From Sedimentisphaerales bacterium (GTDB lineage: Bacteria; Planctomycetota; Phycisphaerae; Sedimentisphaerales; Anaerobacaceae): a DNA stretch of 64,000 nucleotides. The DNA lies in the NCBI GenBank assembly GCA_040772485.1, contig JAXGYC010000010.1, positions 1 to 64,000 on the forward strand, written 5' to 3'. This document shows, one piece after another, positions 17,705-27,154 of the stretch (positions are counted from its first letter, which is position 1; every line of letters starts with the position of its first letter). Position numbers and translations under genes: made by a program. The notes beneath the pieces are model-generated. The model was not told the origin of the DNA and did no database searches. It saw only the letters and a program-made list of their open reading frames with translations.

Positions 17705-18718
17705 ATGGCAGCACGACAGGTAACGGTCAAGGACATTGCCAGGAAACTCCGTCTGCACTACACGACGGTTTCGAAGGCGCTGCGCGACCATCCGGATATC
17801 AGTCCGGCGACGAAACGCCGCGTCCTGTCGCTGGCGAGAGAACTGGATTATCATCCCAACTCCATCGCCAAGAGTCTGAAGAATCAGGCCTCCAGCACGC
17901 TGGGCGTCATCGTACCGTCCATCAAGAACGACTTCTTCTCAGCCGTCATCAGCGGCGTGGAGGAGATCGCGTACGGCCGGGAGTTCAACACCGTCGTTTG
18001 CCAGTCCAACGAGAGTTCTGAGCGCGAAGCCATCCACCTGCGCACCCTGATCTCCAACCGTGTCGCCGGCGTGCTCGTTTCGGTGGCCCAGACGACCACG
18101 TCCGGGGCGGGCTTCCAGGCGCTCCGGCGGCAAGGCATCCCCCTGGTCTTCTTCGACCGCGTGTGCGAGGACGTCGAAGCCGGCCGGGTGGTCGTGGACG
18201 ACTACGGCGGCGCGATGAGACTGGTCGAGCACCTGATCCAGCGCGGCTACCGAAACATCGCTCATGTCGCCGGCCCGGAGAACACCTCTATCGGACGCGA
18301 TCGTTGCCGAGGATACCTCGACGCATTGAAGAAGCATGACCTCAATGGGACCGGCGCGTCCATCATCCGTGGCGGCTTCGAGGAAGAAGACGGCGTGGCC
18401 GCCCTTCGACGGATTCACGCGCGAGGACGGATGCCCGATGCGATCTTCGCCGTCAATGACCCGGTGGCTCGCGGCGTTCACGCCGAGATCAGGCAGATCG
18501 GCCTGGACATCCCTCGCGACGTCGCGGTGGCGGGTTTTGGCGACAACCGGCTGTCGTCATACCTCGATCCGCCTCTGACAACGGTCTCGCAGTCACCCTA
18601 CGAGATCGGCAAGATCGCAGCCGCCATGCTGCTGCGGCGGATCGACCATCCTTCGCATGAGCCGGTCTGCGAAACCGAAGTCATCCAGACCCATCTGATC
18701 GTGCGAGAGTCCACGTAG
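17705..18718 (+). CDS. LacI-family transcriptional regulator
   Basis: VTVKDIARKLRLHYTTVSKAL HTH plus periplasmic-binding-like domain (GFGD, PPLTTV). Confidence 0.96.
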   Translation: MAARQVTVKDIARKLRLHYTTVSKALRDHPDISPATKRRVLSLARELDYHPNSIAKSLKNQASSTLGVIVPSIKNDFFSAVISGVEEIAYGREFNTVVCQSNESSEREAIHLRTLISNRVAGVLVSVAQTTTSGAGFQALRRQGIPLVFFDRVCEDVEAGRVVVDDYGGAMRLVEHLIQRGYRNIAHVAGPENTSIGRDRCRGYLDALKKHDLNGTGASIIRGGFEEEDGVAALRRIHARGRMPDAIFAVNDPVARGVHAEIRQIGLDIPRDVAVAGFGDNRLSSYLDPPLTTVSQSPYEIGKIAAAMLLRRIDHPSHEPVCETEVIQTHLIVREST

Positions 18719-18751
18719 CGCGATCCCCCGGCATTTCCTCATGGGTCGTCT

Positions 18752-20914
18752 TCAGCGTGACAGACGAACGGTCAGCCCTGTGTCCAAGTCGATGCGGATC
18801 CGGTCTTGGGACGAACCTCGCTCAACGATGACGTCGAGGCGACCGTCTTCCTCGCCGAGTTGGACTCCTGTGACGGTTGGTCTGCCGCTGGCAGGGACCG
18901 GTTCGAGAACGGCGGCGTAGTTTGTATCGCGTCCTTCGCGCCCGATCATGACCATGGGCACGCGATCCGTCACCGAGCCTCCGACACCGTCCCCGGCCGC
19001 CACGATGGTTCCCTGCTGCGCGGCCAACGTCAGATACGTGGGCACGGCCGCATCCTCGAACACAACGCGGATCATCGCATCCGTCGTGCCCTGCTTGATG
19101 TTCTGAATGTATTCGCTGCCGGGACAGTCATCTCGACGATCAGCGTTCTCCACAGCAGCTCCACAAACCGCTCGGGCGCCCCTGCTGTGATACAGCCAGT
19201 CGAAACGCCGGTCCCGATCGGCGTGCAGTCTGTCGAGCACCAGGAGATAGGTTTCCGTCATCACCAGCAATCGTTCGTGTTTCACGCCGGGATACGCGGC
19301 TTCGCAGGCGGCGCCGGCGGCCACGTAGCCGTCCGCCCGTTCGAACAAAGCCAATTTGCCCGTGGCCGGCGCCTGACTGCGGCCGTTGACGAGGACCGCG
19401 TTGTGTCCGATGGTCGCCTTGTACCAGTGGCTATGAATGGGCAGGCGATAGGCCTGGCTCCTGGCTCGGCCCGGGTCGACGCCCAGTTCCTTGCCGTACC
19501 CATAGAAGACGAAGCTCAGCTTGTCGAAGTGCCCGTGAAAGCCGCCATAGGGACCGAATGTCATGGCGGCCGTCAGTTCCGCCGGACCGCCGGTCCGCAG
19601 AATCGCATGGCCCGCATCCTCGAAGACCCTGCTCTCCAGAACCGGCATCTCGGCGACGGTCCCTGCCGGACGGCCCAGCAGCAGGCCGTCGAAACCGGGC
19701 TCGCTGGGTAGCATCGCCAGTATGCGCGGGTCCCGATAGGCATGATACGCCGGTTCGTAAAGGGTACCCACGCTCCTGACCGACGAATTCACGTCGTCGC
19801 CGAACCGGGGCAGCATCCCGTCCGCCATCGTGTACTCGATCGGCAGCGTGAACATCCTCTTCAACCGCTCATCGCCCCAGAGGTCGATCCCCAGCCGGCG
19901 GGCCGTCTCGGCCATGATCACCAAAGCCCGCAGCGTGTAGAAGTGATAGCCCCAACTGTTCTCATACCACATCCCTTCCCGCGAAACGGAGACGTCCATC
20001 TGATGGTGGAATCCGTTTTCCGGGTCCGCGATAGCCTTGCGAATCCAGTCCGCGTCGCGAACCAGCGCGCCGCCCCACATCATGGCGGCGTTGTGCCACG
20101 TCTGCCAGTTGCCCTTGCCCGCCTTGTTCCGGTCAATCGTGTTCAGCATGGGCAGCAGCAGTCCCTCCGCGATCTTGTGGTGATCCTCTGCCGAGAGGAC
20201 ACCCGAATCGTAGATGAGATCGTACGCCGGCCCGATGGACGTCGCCAGCGCCGAGGCCTCGGTGAGCGTCTGCTCGTAGAGGTGCCCCCCCGCCTTCTTT
20301 CCCCAGGAGTCGTCCGCCTTCAGAGAGGCGCTGTGATAGGGATAACTGCGATAGCGATCCGCGTAGCCCAGCAGGACCTGGGCGGCGTACCGGGCGAATT
20401 CCTCCCGGCCGCAGATCGCATACGCCCAAGCCGCCGTCTCCATCCGCTGGAGGTTGCGCCCGTGCTGCCGGCTGAAGATCACGTCGTCGTAGGGATGCCC
20501 TGAATACACCTTCTTGCACTTGGGGCACTGGTGATGGGTCTCGTCAATGGTCTGGAGGGCCGTCTCGCACTGGTCGCACTGATACCACTGGTTGTGCTGA
20601 CCGCCGCGAGGTGGAAAGCGGATCGGCTCGCCGATGAATCCCTCCGCTTCTTTGATCCCAATCTCGATCCCAAGGGATGTCGGGACTGAAACCACGCCGT
20701 CGCGTATGACTTCGGGGCCGCGACGGGCCTGGCGCAGCCGGTCCAGCTCTTCGGCGGTGCAGGCCAGATACGGATGCTTCACATCGGGGAGGATAACTTG
20801 CAGATCGCTTCCCCGGCCGGCTGCGGCGGCACCGGTCAGGAGAGCCGTCAGAACCAGACTGAAAGCCAGGCACGGACGCCGCAGGAAACGGACACAGGTA
20901 TGTTGTTCACTCAT
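18752..20914 (-). CDS. Heparinase II/III-like / alginate-lyase-like polysaccharide lyase
   Basis: Signal peptide; GNWQTW, ENSWGYHFY, PRFGD, HGHFDKLSF, HNAVLVNG. Confidence 0.85.
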   Translation of the reverse strand: MSEQHTCVRFLRRPCLAFSLVLTALLTGAAAAGRGSDLQVILPDVKHPYLACTAEELDRLRQARRGPEVIRDGVVSVPTSLGIEIGIKEAEGFIGEPIRFPPRGGQHNQWYQCDQCETALQTIDETHHQCPKCKKVYSGHPYDDVIFSRQHGRNLQRMETAAWAYAICGREEFARYAAQVLLGYADRYRSYPYHSASLKADDSWGKKAGGHLYEQTLTEASALATSIGPAYDLIYDSGVLSAEDHHKIAEGLLLPMLNTIDRNKAGKGNWQTWHNAAMMWGGALVRDADWIRKAIADPENGFHHQMDVSVSREGMWYENSWGYHFYTLRALVIMAETARRLGIDLWGDERLKRMFTLPIEYTMADGMLPRFGDDVNSSVRSVGTLYEPAYHAYRDPRILAMLPSEPGFDGLLLGRPAGTVAEMPVLESRVFEDAGHAILRTGGPAELTAAMTFGPYGGFHGHFDKLSFVFYGYGKELGVDPGRARSQAYRLPIHSHWYKATIGHNAVLVNGRSQAPATGKLALFERADGYVAAGAACEAAYPGVKHERLLVMTETYLLVLDRLHADRDRRFDWLYHSRGARAVCGAAVENADRRDDCPGSEYIQNIKQGTTDAMIRVVFEDAAVPTYLTLAAQQGTIVAAGDGVGGSVTDRVPMVMIGREGRDTNYAAVLEPVPASGRPTVTGVQLGEEDGRLDVIVERGSSQDRIRIDLDTGLTVRLSR

Positions 20915-21055
20915 GCAGTCCTCCTTACCACCAGATCACGCATGCTGCGCTCATCGAGGGCCGAGCATATCATGCATACCCTGCTTCTGTCAAAGGCGTT
21001 GCCCTCAGTCGCCGGGCTGATAGAATAGCCATCCGGAAGGATCATGCACCTGGAT

Positions 21056-22228
21056 ATGAATAGAGTCCGTCAGATCATTCACGTGGACATGGACGCCTTC
21101 TACGCCTCCGTGGAGCAGCACGACCGGCCCGAATTGCGCGGCAAAGCCGTCATCGTCGCAGGCGACCCCAAGGCGCGGGGCGTGGTCAGCGCCGCCTCGT
21201 ACGAGGCCCGCAAGTTCGGAGTCCACAGCGCCATGCCGACGGCACAGGCGCTGCGGCGTTGTCCCCATGCCGTTCTTCTGCCCGTCCGCATGGAGCGATA
21301 CGTGGAGGTCTCACACGCGATTCAGTCGATCTTCGAGCGGTACACGCCGCTGGTCGAGCCGATCTCGCTCGATGAGGCGTTTCTCGACGTGACTGCCAGC
21401 ACGAATCTGTTCGGGTCAGCCGAACAAATCGGCCGCAATATCAAGGAACAGATCATCTCCCAGACGCAACTGACCGCCTCCGTCGGCGTGGCGCCGAACA
21501 AGTTCCTCGCCAAGCTCGCCTCCGACCTGAAGAAACCCGACGGCTTCGTCGTCATCACCGAGCAGAACAAACAGGAGATCCTCGATCCGCTCGGCGTGGG
21601 GCGCATCTGGGGCGTAGGCAAGGTGACGGAGACGGCGCTGCATTCGCGAGGAATTCGCACTATCGCCGACCTTTGCGCGACACCTGAAATCGAGCTGCGG
21701 GGCCTCGTGGGCAACGGCGCAACGGAACTACTGAGGCTGGCCCGGGGAGAAGATGACAGTGAAGTCGAAGCGGCCCGACAGGCCAAGAGCCTTTCGAGCG
21801 AACAGACCTTTGCCACGGACGTCAGCGATAGCGCGATCCTGCTCGGAGTCCTCCTCGAACAGGTAGAAGAGGTTGCGCAGCGGCTGCGTCGCCGCCGGCT
21901 GAAGGCCCGTACCGTGACGCTCAAGTTGCGATACGGAGATTTCCGTACGGTGACGCGAAGCGAGACGCTCGGCGAGGCCACGAATCTGACGCAGGTGCTG
22001 TGGGCCACGGCCGAGCGCGTGTTTCGGCAATGGCAACAGAGCGCATCGGGCGCGCTTCGCCTTCTCGGATTTGGCGCCACGGGCCTCGAATCGCAAGAGG
22101 CCGGTCAGGCCACGTTGTTTCCCGACCCGCAGGCGGAGAAACTCGAAAGGCTCGACCGGGCCATGGACGCGATTCGCGACCGTTACGGCCGACGCGCCGT
22201 CCATCGCGGCAACCGACCGGCTGAATGA
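21056..22228 (+). CDS. dinB: DNA polymerase IV
   Basis: IIHVDMDAFYASVE, SYEARKFGV, SLDEAFLD, KLASDLKKPDG. Confidence 0.97.
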   Translation: MNRVRQIIHVDMDAFYASVEQHDRPELRGKAVIVAGDPKARGVVSAASYEARKFGVHSAMPTAQALRRCPHAVLLPVRMERYVEVSHAIQSIFERYTPLVEPISLDEAFLDVTASTNLFGSAEQIGRNIKEQIISQTQLTASVGVAPNKFLAKLASDLKKPDGFVVITEQNKQEILDPLGVGRIWGVGKVTETALHSRGIRTIADLCATPEIELRGLVGNGATELLRLARGEDDSEVEAARQAKSLSSEQTFATDVSDSAILLGVLLEQVEEVAQRLRRRRLKARTVTLKLRYGDFRTVTRSETLGEATNLTQVLWATAERVFRQWQQSASGALRLLGFGATGLESQEAGQATLFPDPQAEKLERLDRAMDAIRDRYGRRAVHRGNRPAE

Positions 22229-22238
22229 TGTCACCAGA

Positions 22239-23180
22239 TCAAGCGAACGACAACCCCAGCTCTCGCGCGACCGACCGAATGTGCGCGGCCGCCTGCTCGT
22301 ATTCCTCGGCGCTCGGAAGGTGTTCGAGCATCAGAGGCACGCCGGGCAGCTTGTTCAGCTCTCGCAGGAGCGTCGCGTAGTCGAGCCCGCCCTGGCCGGG
22401 ACGCACCTCGTCGAGATGGGTCGTCAGCTTCGGATGCAGAACGATGTCCTTGGCATGACAGCTCTTGATGTAGGGCCCGAGCTTCTCGAAGCACTCGACG
22501 ACGAGCTTGCCGTTTCCATAGTATCGCTGCGGACTGCACACGAGATTCACCGGGTCCAGATGCGCCGCGAAACGTTCGCGATCGATCGCCTTGATCAGAC
22601 GAACGTAGGAATCCGCCGAATCCGGATAGGCCCAGGGCATCGTCTCCAGGGCGAACCACGTCCGCGTGGGCTTGACGTCGTCGATGATCCCGCGCGTCGT
22701 CTCGACGATCATGTCGAACGTCTCTTCCGTGAGATTCTCGGCCGCCGGGCCGTCCCACTGCGTCCCGCGCGAGCCGGTGATGTTCACGCAGCACCGGGCT
22801 CCGATTCGGTCTGCCAGAGCCAGTTGCTGACGGCATTTCTCCAACGCGGCCTTGCGCTTCTCCTCATCGGGACTGATCGGGTTGCTCCAGGCCCCCACTT
22901 CCGCAATGATGATGTCCGCCTTCTGAGCCGCCCGTTCATAGGCCTTCACCACGTCGTCGCCGGTCTCGGCGCCCACAGGGCAGTACGCGGCGCTGTACCC
23001 CAGCTTCTTGACCGCCCGGACCCACCCATCGGGGTCCTGATACTCCTCGAACACCGGGCCGCCGAGCCTCAGACCGCCGCGAGCCCCACCCGACGCCCGC
23101 GAGCCCAGATACAGCGAGGCCATCCCCGCCAGAGACATCCCCAGCAAATCCCGCCGTGATACTGCGTTGCTGCCGTCCAT
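22239..23180 (-). CDS. Sugar phosphate isomerase/epimerase (TIM barrel) with Tat signal
   Basis: SRRDLL; LETMPW, HLDPVN, CHAKD, LMLEHL. Confidence 0.88.
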   Translation of the reverse strand: MDGSNAVSRRDLLGMSLAGMASLYLGSRASGGARGGLRLGGPVFEEYQDPDGWVRAVKKLGYSAAYCPVGAETGDDVVKAYERAAQKADIIIAEVGAWSNPISPDEEKRKAALEKCRQQLALADRIGARCCVNITGSRGTQWDGPAAENLTEETFDMIVETTRGIIDDVKPTRTWFALETMPWAYPDSADSYVRLIKAIDRERFAAHLDPVNLVCSPQRYYGNGKLVVECFEKLGPYIKSCHAKDIVLHPKLTTHLDEVRPGQGGLDYATLLRELNKLPGVPLMLEHLPSAEEYEQAAAHIRSVARELGLSFA

Positions 23181-23310
23181 CGCTTCTGCCTCCTTCACAC
23201 GGGTGCGTTTCCAGCGCCTGAACCGAGGTGGTCCCGGCGAAAGTCGCCTCAGTGTAACCCAATCGCGGCTCTGCGACAACCCTGATTGGCGCGGGCGAGG
23301 TCCGCGATAG

Positions 23311-24508
23311 CTGAATCATCCCCAGTTTAAGGTAGGGCCCAATGAAAAGGTCGACTCTTTGACGATGAGAGTTGGTGAAAGAAATCACAATGCCAACTCG
23401 ATCGAAAGGAGTCGACCATGAAACGCCAGGAGATTTCGGATTTTGTACGTTCGGTATGCTCTTGTCTTCGGCTCTCGCAGGCCAAAACCTTGAGCGTCTT
23501 GGTTCCGGCGGCGATGATCGTGGTGCGGGCCTCGCTGGCCCAACTGGGACGGGCATTGGCGGGGCAATCGGCGCTGGCCGCCAAGCAGGGGATCAAGCGG
23601 GTCGACCGCTTTGTAGGAAACACTCGGGTCGAGCCGAGCGAAGCGATGCGGGGCGTGGTCCAGTGGCTCGCCCAACCCCGAAAAAAGCTGCTGGTGAGCC
23701 TCGATTGGGTGGATATCCGCCACTTTCAGTGCCTGGTCCTGGCGGCTCGTCTGCGAGGCCGGGCCTTGCCTTTGCTGTGGGCGGTGTACCGTTACGAGGA
23801 GGTCTATCGCTCGCAGAACAATCTGGAATACGGGTTGCTGCGTCTGTTTCACACCATGGTGGCCGCTTCGGTCCGGGTGACGCTTCTCGCCGATCGGGGG
23901 TTCGGTCGAACGGAGATGGCCCGCGTGTGCCAGGAACTGAAGTTCCATTACATCATCCGCATCCAGCCGTCGGTGTGGGTGAGCAGTTCGCGGTTCACCG
24001 GTCGCCTGGCGGATTACCCGATCCATCGGGGCCAGAGACACCTGCTACGCCACGTCTCGTATCGCAAAGAGCGGCCCGTCGTGCAGGACGTGGCTGTGGT
24101 TTGGCTGCCGGATCAGTCGGAACCCTGGTATCTGATGACGGACGAAGAGCACCTTCGCGCCCAAGTCTTGTCCAAGGTCTTTGCGCGGCGGATGAGCATT
24201 GAAGAGTACTTTCGTGACGTGAAAAACAAACGCAATGGGTTTGCTCTGCGTTTGATCCAGATCAAGGATTCCCAGCGTTTGAGTCGGTTTCTGCTTATTC
24301 TGGCCTTGGCGTATCTGCTCCTGGTGACGGTCGGCCTGTACGCCTCCGAACGATTCCGCCCCGGCCGGTGGTGCTCCAACAACCGGACGGGCGAATGCAG
24401 TCTCTTCACCATCGGCCTGTTCATGCAAACCTGCCCTCTCCCCACCTGCCAGTATCTCTTGCGCCGCTTGAAGCACGAACTCCTCGGTCAAAACTGGGGA
24501 TGACTCAG
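23311..24508 (+). mobile_element. IS4-family (IS10-like) insertion sequence, 1198 bp
   Basis: 18-bp TIRs CTGA(A/G)TCATCCCCAGTTT with 1 mismatch; 9-bp TSD CCGCGATAG at 23302-23310 and 24509-24517. Confidence 0.95.
23418..24503 (+). CDS. IS4-family DDE transposase
   Basis: SLDW, ADRGF, F-x2-R-x3-E-x6-K (YREK-like, Y replaced by F: FARRMSIEEYFRDVK); stop codon inside the right TIR. Confidence 0.95.
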   Translation: MKRQEISDFVRSVCSCLRLSQAKTLSVLVPAAMIVVRASLAQLGRALAGQSALAAKQGIKRVDRFVGNTRVEPSEAMRGVVQWLAQPRKKLLVSLDWVDIRHFQCLVLAARLRGRALPLLWAVYRYEEVYRSQNNLEYGLLRLFHTMVAASVRVTLLADRGFGRTEMARVCQELKFHYIIRIQPSVWVSSSRFTGRLADYPIHRGQRHLLRHVSYRKERPVVQDVAVVWLPDQSEPWYLMTDEEHLRAQVLSKVFARRMSIEEYFRDVKNKRNGFALRLIQIKDSQRLSRFLLILALAYLLLVTVGLYASERFRPGRWCSNNRTGECSLFTIGLFMQTCPLPTCQYLLRRLKHELLGQNWG

Positions 24509-24520
24509 CCGCGATAGGGG

Positions 24521-24550
24521 TTGACCGGCCACCTGCGGACGTGGTATCAT
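24521..24550 (+). promoter_or_regulatory. sigma70-type promoter preceding a ~285-nt leader
   Basis: TTGACC-18-TATCAT with extended TG. Confidence 0.55.
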
Positions 24551-24836
24551 GGCTGCTGTGAAGGGTTGGGACTTGTGTGGGCGCCAAGTGCCTGGAGCAG
24601 GGCTCGTCGTACTGCATCCCAGCCGTGGGAACGTAGCATGTCTGGATTCTTCGGAGAAGGAAGCTCTCAGTGACGAGTAGTCTGCTCGATTTCCATCGCT
24701 GCACAATCCGGGCTGAGCGCAACGGCCGGCAGAACCGAGTCCGCGCGCTCGTTGAAACTTGTGATATTCCGTCCCGAGATCCGTCGGGACGTGGAGTCCG
24801 AATCGACCGTGGTCTTGTGAAAAGGAGGGCTACAGC

Positions 24837-27092
24837 ATGTTCAGGAAACTGACTTACGCAACGGCAGTCATGGCGCTGCTGGTCGCATCGCAGGCCGTCC
24901 AGGCCGTCCATTTTGAGTTGCTGCCGACCTACGACACGTACGTCAGCAACGACGGCACGGAGGGCCCCACCACCAGCCACCAGACCGGCTCGGGGATGCA
25001 CGTTCGCGATATCGCGGGCCGACGCCGCGTCGGGTATCTGACGTACGACCTCTCCGACGCCAAGGCGCAGGGCGCCTTCTTCTCCAACGTCAGCTTCAGC
25101 AACTACGGCCACGACACCGGAGAAATCAACGTCTACGGGATCATCGAAAGCCAGGAGGCACTCGTCACCGGAGCGTTGACGTGGAGCGCTGCGCCAGGGG
25201 TCATGAACGACCCGATGCCAGCAGTCGATGCTGCAGTGGAGCTCGATCCGGCGGACCTGACCGGCGTGCTGCTGACCTTTCCGGCCCCCGCCCGGGCGAC
25301 CAGGGTGGCCACCGAAACCAGCGAGGCCCTTGCGGAGTTCCTCAACAGCGACACCAACGGATTCGTCGCCTTTCTGTTCGCCCCGGCCGCGGGCGGCAAT
25401 GCGATCGTCCGCACCGTCGAGATGGGGGCCGAGGGCGGCACGCTGCTGGTGTTCGACATCGGCGGCCGCGCCTCGGCGGCCCGAAGTCCGGACCCGGAAG
25501 ATGGCGCCGCCGACGTCTATCGCGAGGCCGACCTGAGCTGGACGCCGGGAGGGTTCGCGGGCGCACACGACGTCTACCTCGGAACGGTTTTTGATGACGT
25601 CAACGACGCCAGCCGCACCGACCCGAGAGGCGTGCTCGTCAGTCAGGGGCAAGACGCCAACACGTACGAGCCGGGCCGGCTCGAACTCGGCGGGACTTAC
25701 TACTGGCGCATCGACGAAGTCAACGCGACGCCCGACGCCACGATCTTCAAGGGCCAGGTCTGGAGTTTCTCTGTGGAGCCTCTGGCCTACGCGATCGAGA
25801 ACATCGTCGTCACCACCAACGGCGCATCGGACGCGGGGTTCGGACCGGAGAACACGGTCAACGGCTCCGGACTGAACGACGTGGATCAGCATTCGATCGC
25901 AGAGACCGACATGTGGCTGGCCCCGCCCGGCGGCGATGACCCCATATGGATTCAGTACGAGTTCGACCGGGTCTATCAGTTGCACGAATTGTGGGTCTGG
26001 AACTACAACGTCCTGTTCGAGGCGGTGCTGGGATACGGCCTCAAGCTCGTGACGATCGACTATTCTGCCGACGGAGTGAACTGGACGACCTTCGGCGATG
26101 TCGAATTCGCCAAGGCCACCGCCAAGCCGGACTACGCCCACAACACCACCATCGATCTGAACGGGGCAGCCGCTAAGTTCGTCCGGCTGACCGTCAACAG
26201 CGGCTGGGGCCTTCTCGGATACTACGGCCTCAGCGAAGTGCGATTCCTTCACATCCCCGCCTTCGCGCGGCAGCCGCAGCCGGCCGATGGCCAGACGGAC
26301 GTGGCGCCGGACGTCACCCTGCGATGGCGCGCGGGCCGTACCGCCGGCGTCCACGATGTCTATCTCGGCGCCGATCCGCAGGCTCTGCCCCTGATCGACA
26401 CGGTCGCTCAGGACAGCATCGCGCCACAGGGCCTCGAATTCGGGACCACGTATTACTGGAGAGTCGACGAAGTCAACGAGGCCCAGGCCGTAACCTCATG
26501 GCAAGGCGATCTCTGGAGCTTTTTGACGAAGGAGTTCGAGACTATCGACGGCTTTGAGAGCTACACGGACGACATTGACGCCGGCACGACGATTTTCGAC
26601 ACATGGCTCGATGGCTGGGTCAACAACACCGGCTCGACCGTGGGCTATCTCAATGCACCCTTTGCCGAGAGGACGATTGTCCACAGCGGTTCCCAGTCGA
26701 TGCCTCTGGCCTACGACAACAGCGAATCGCCCTGGTACTCTGAGGCCCAGCGGTCCTTCGACGCGTCCCAGGACTGGACGGCCTATGGCGCCGACACCCT
26801 GCGACTGTACTTCCAGGGGGACGCGACGAATACGCCGCAGAACCTCTACGTCACGCTCGAAGACAGCGCCGGCCATACCGCGACCGTTAGCCATGTCGAC
26901 CCTGACGCGATCCCGGCGACCGACTGGGTCGCGTGGGAGATCCCGCTGACCGAGTTCGCCGGCGTCGACACAAGCCGAGTTAAGACAATCACACTCGGCG
27001 TTGGCCATCGCGCCAATCCGACGGCGGGTGGCACCGGAATCGTCTATATCGACGACATCGGCTTCGGAAGACCGGCGACCGCCGAGCCATAG
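24837..27092 (+). CDS. Secreted F5/8-type (discoidin-like) domain protein with a DNRLRE-like N-terminus
   Basis: AGGAGG RBS; signal peptide; DTYVSN; PxPxDG modules; paralog of 7503..9878 and 27155..29974. Confidence 0.8.
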   Translation: MFRKLTYATAVMALLVASQAVQAVHFELLPTYDTYVSNDGTEGPTTSHQTGSGMHVRDIAGRRRVGYLTYDLSDAKAQGAFFSNVSFSNYGHDTGEINVYGIIESQEALVTGALTWSAAPGVMNDPMPAVDAAVELDPADLTGVLLTFPAPARATRVATETSEALAEFLNSDTNGFVAFLFAPAAGGNAIVRTVEMGAEGGTLLVFDIGGRASAARSPDPEDGAADVYREADLSWTPGGFAGAHDVYLGTVFDDVNDASRTDPRGVLVSQGQDANTYEPGRLELGGTYYWRIDEVNATPDATIFKGQVWSFSVEPLAYAIENIVVTTNGASDAGFGPENTVNGSGLNDVDQHSIAETDMWLAPPGGDDPIWIQYEFDRVYQLHELWVWNYNVLFEAVLGYGLKLVTIDYSADGVNWTTFGDVEFAKATAKPDYAHNTTIDLNGAAAKFVRLTVNSGWGLLGYYGLSEVRFLHIPAFARQPQPADGQTDVAPDVTLRWRAGRTAGVHDVYLGADPQALPLIDTVAQDSIAPQGLEFGTTYYWRVDEVNEAQAVTSWQGDLWSFLTKEFETIDGFESYTDDIDAGTTIFDTWLDGWVNNTGSTVGYLNAPFAERTIVHSGSQSMPLAYDNSESPWYSEAQRSFDASQDWTAYGADTLRLYFQGDATNTPQNLYVTLEDSAGHTATVSHVDPDAIPATDWVAWEIPLTEFAGVDTSRVKTITLGVGHRANPTAGGTGIVYIDDIGFGRPATAEP

Positions 27093-27154
27093 GCTGGGCG
27101 CGACGTCCATGTCATCGCGTAGGGACCTTTGATCCTTGGTGAAGGAGGACATTG

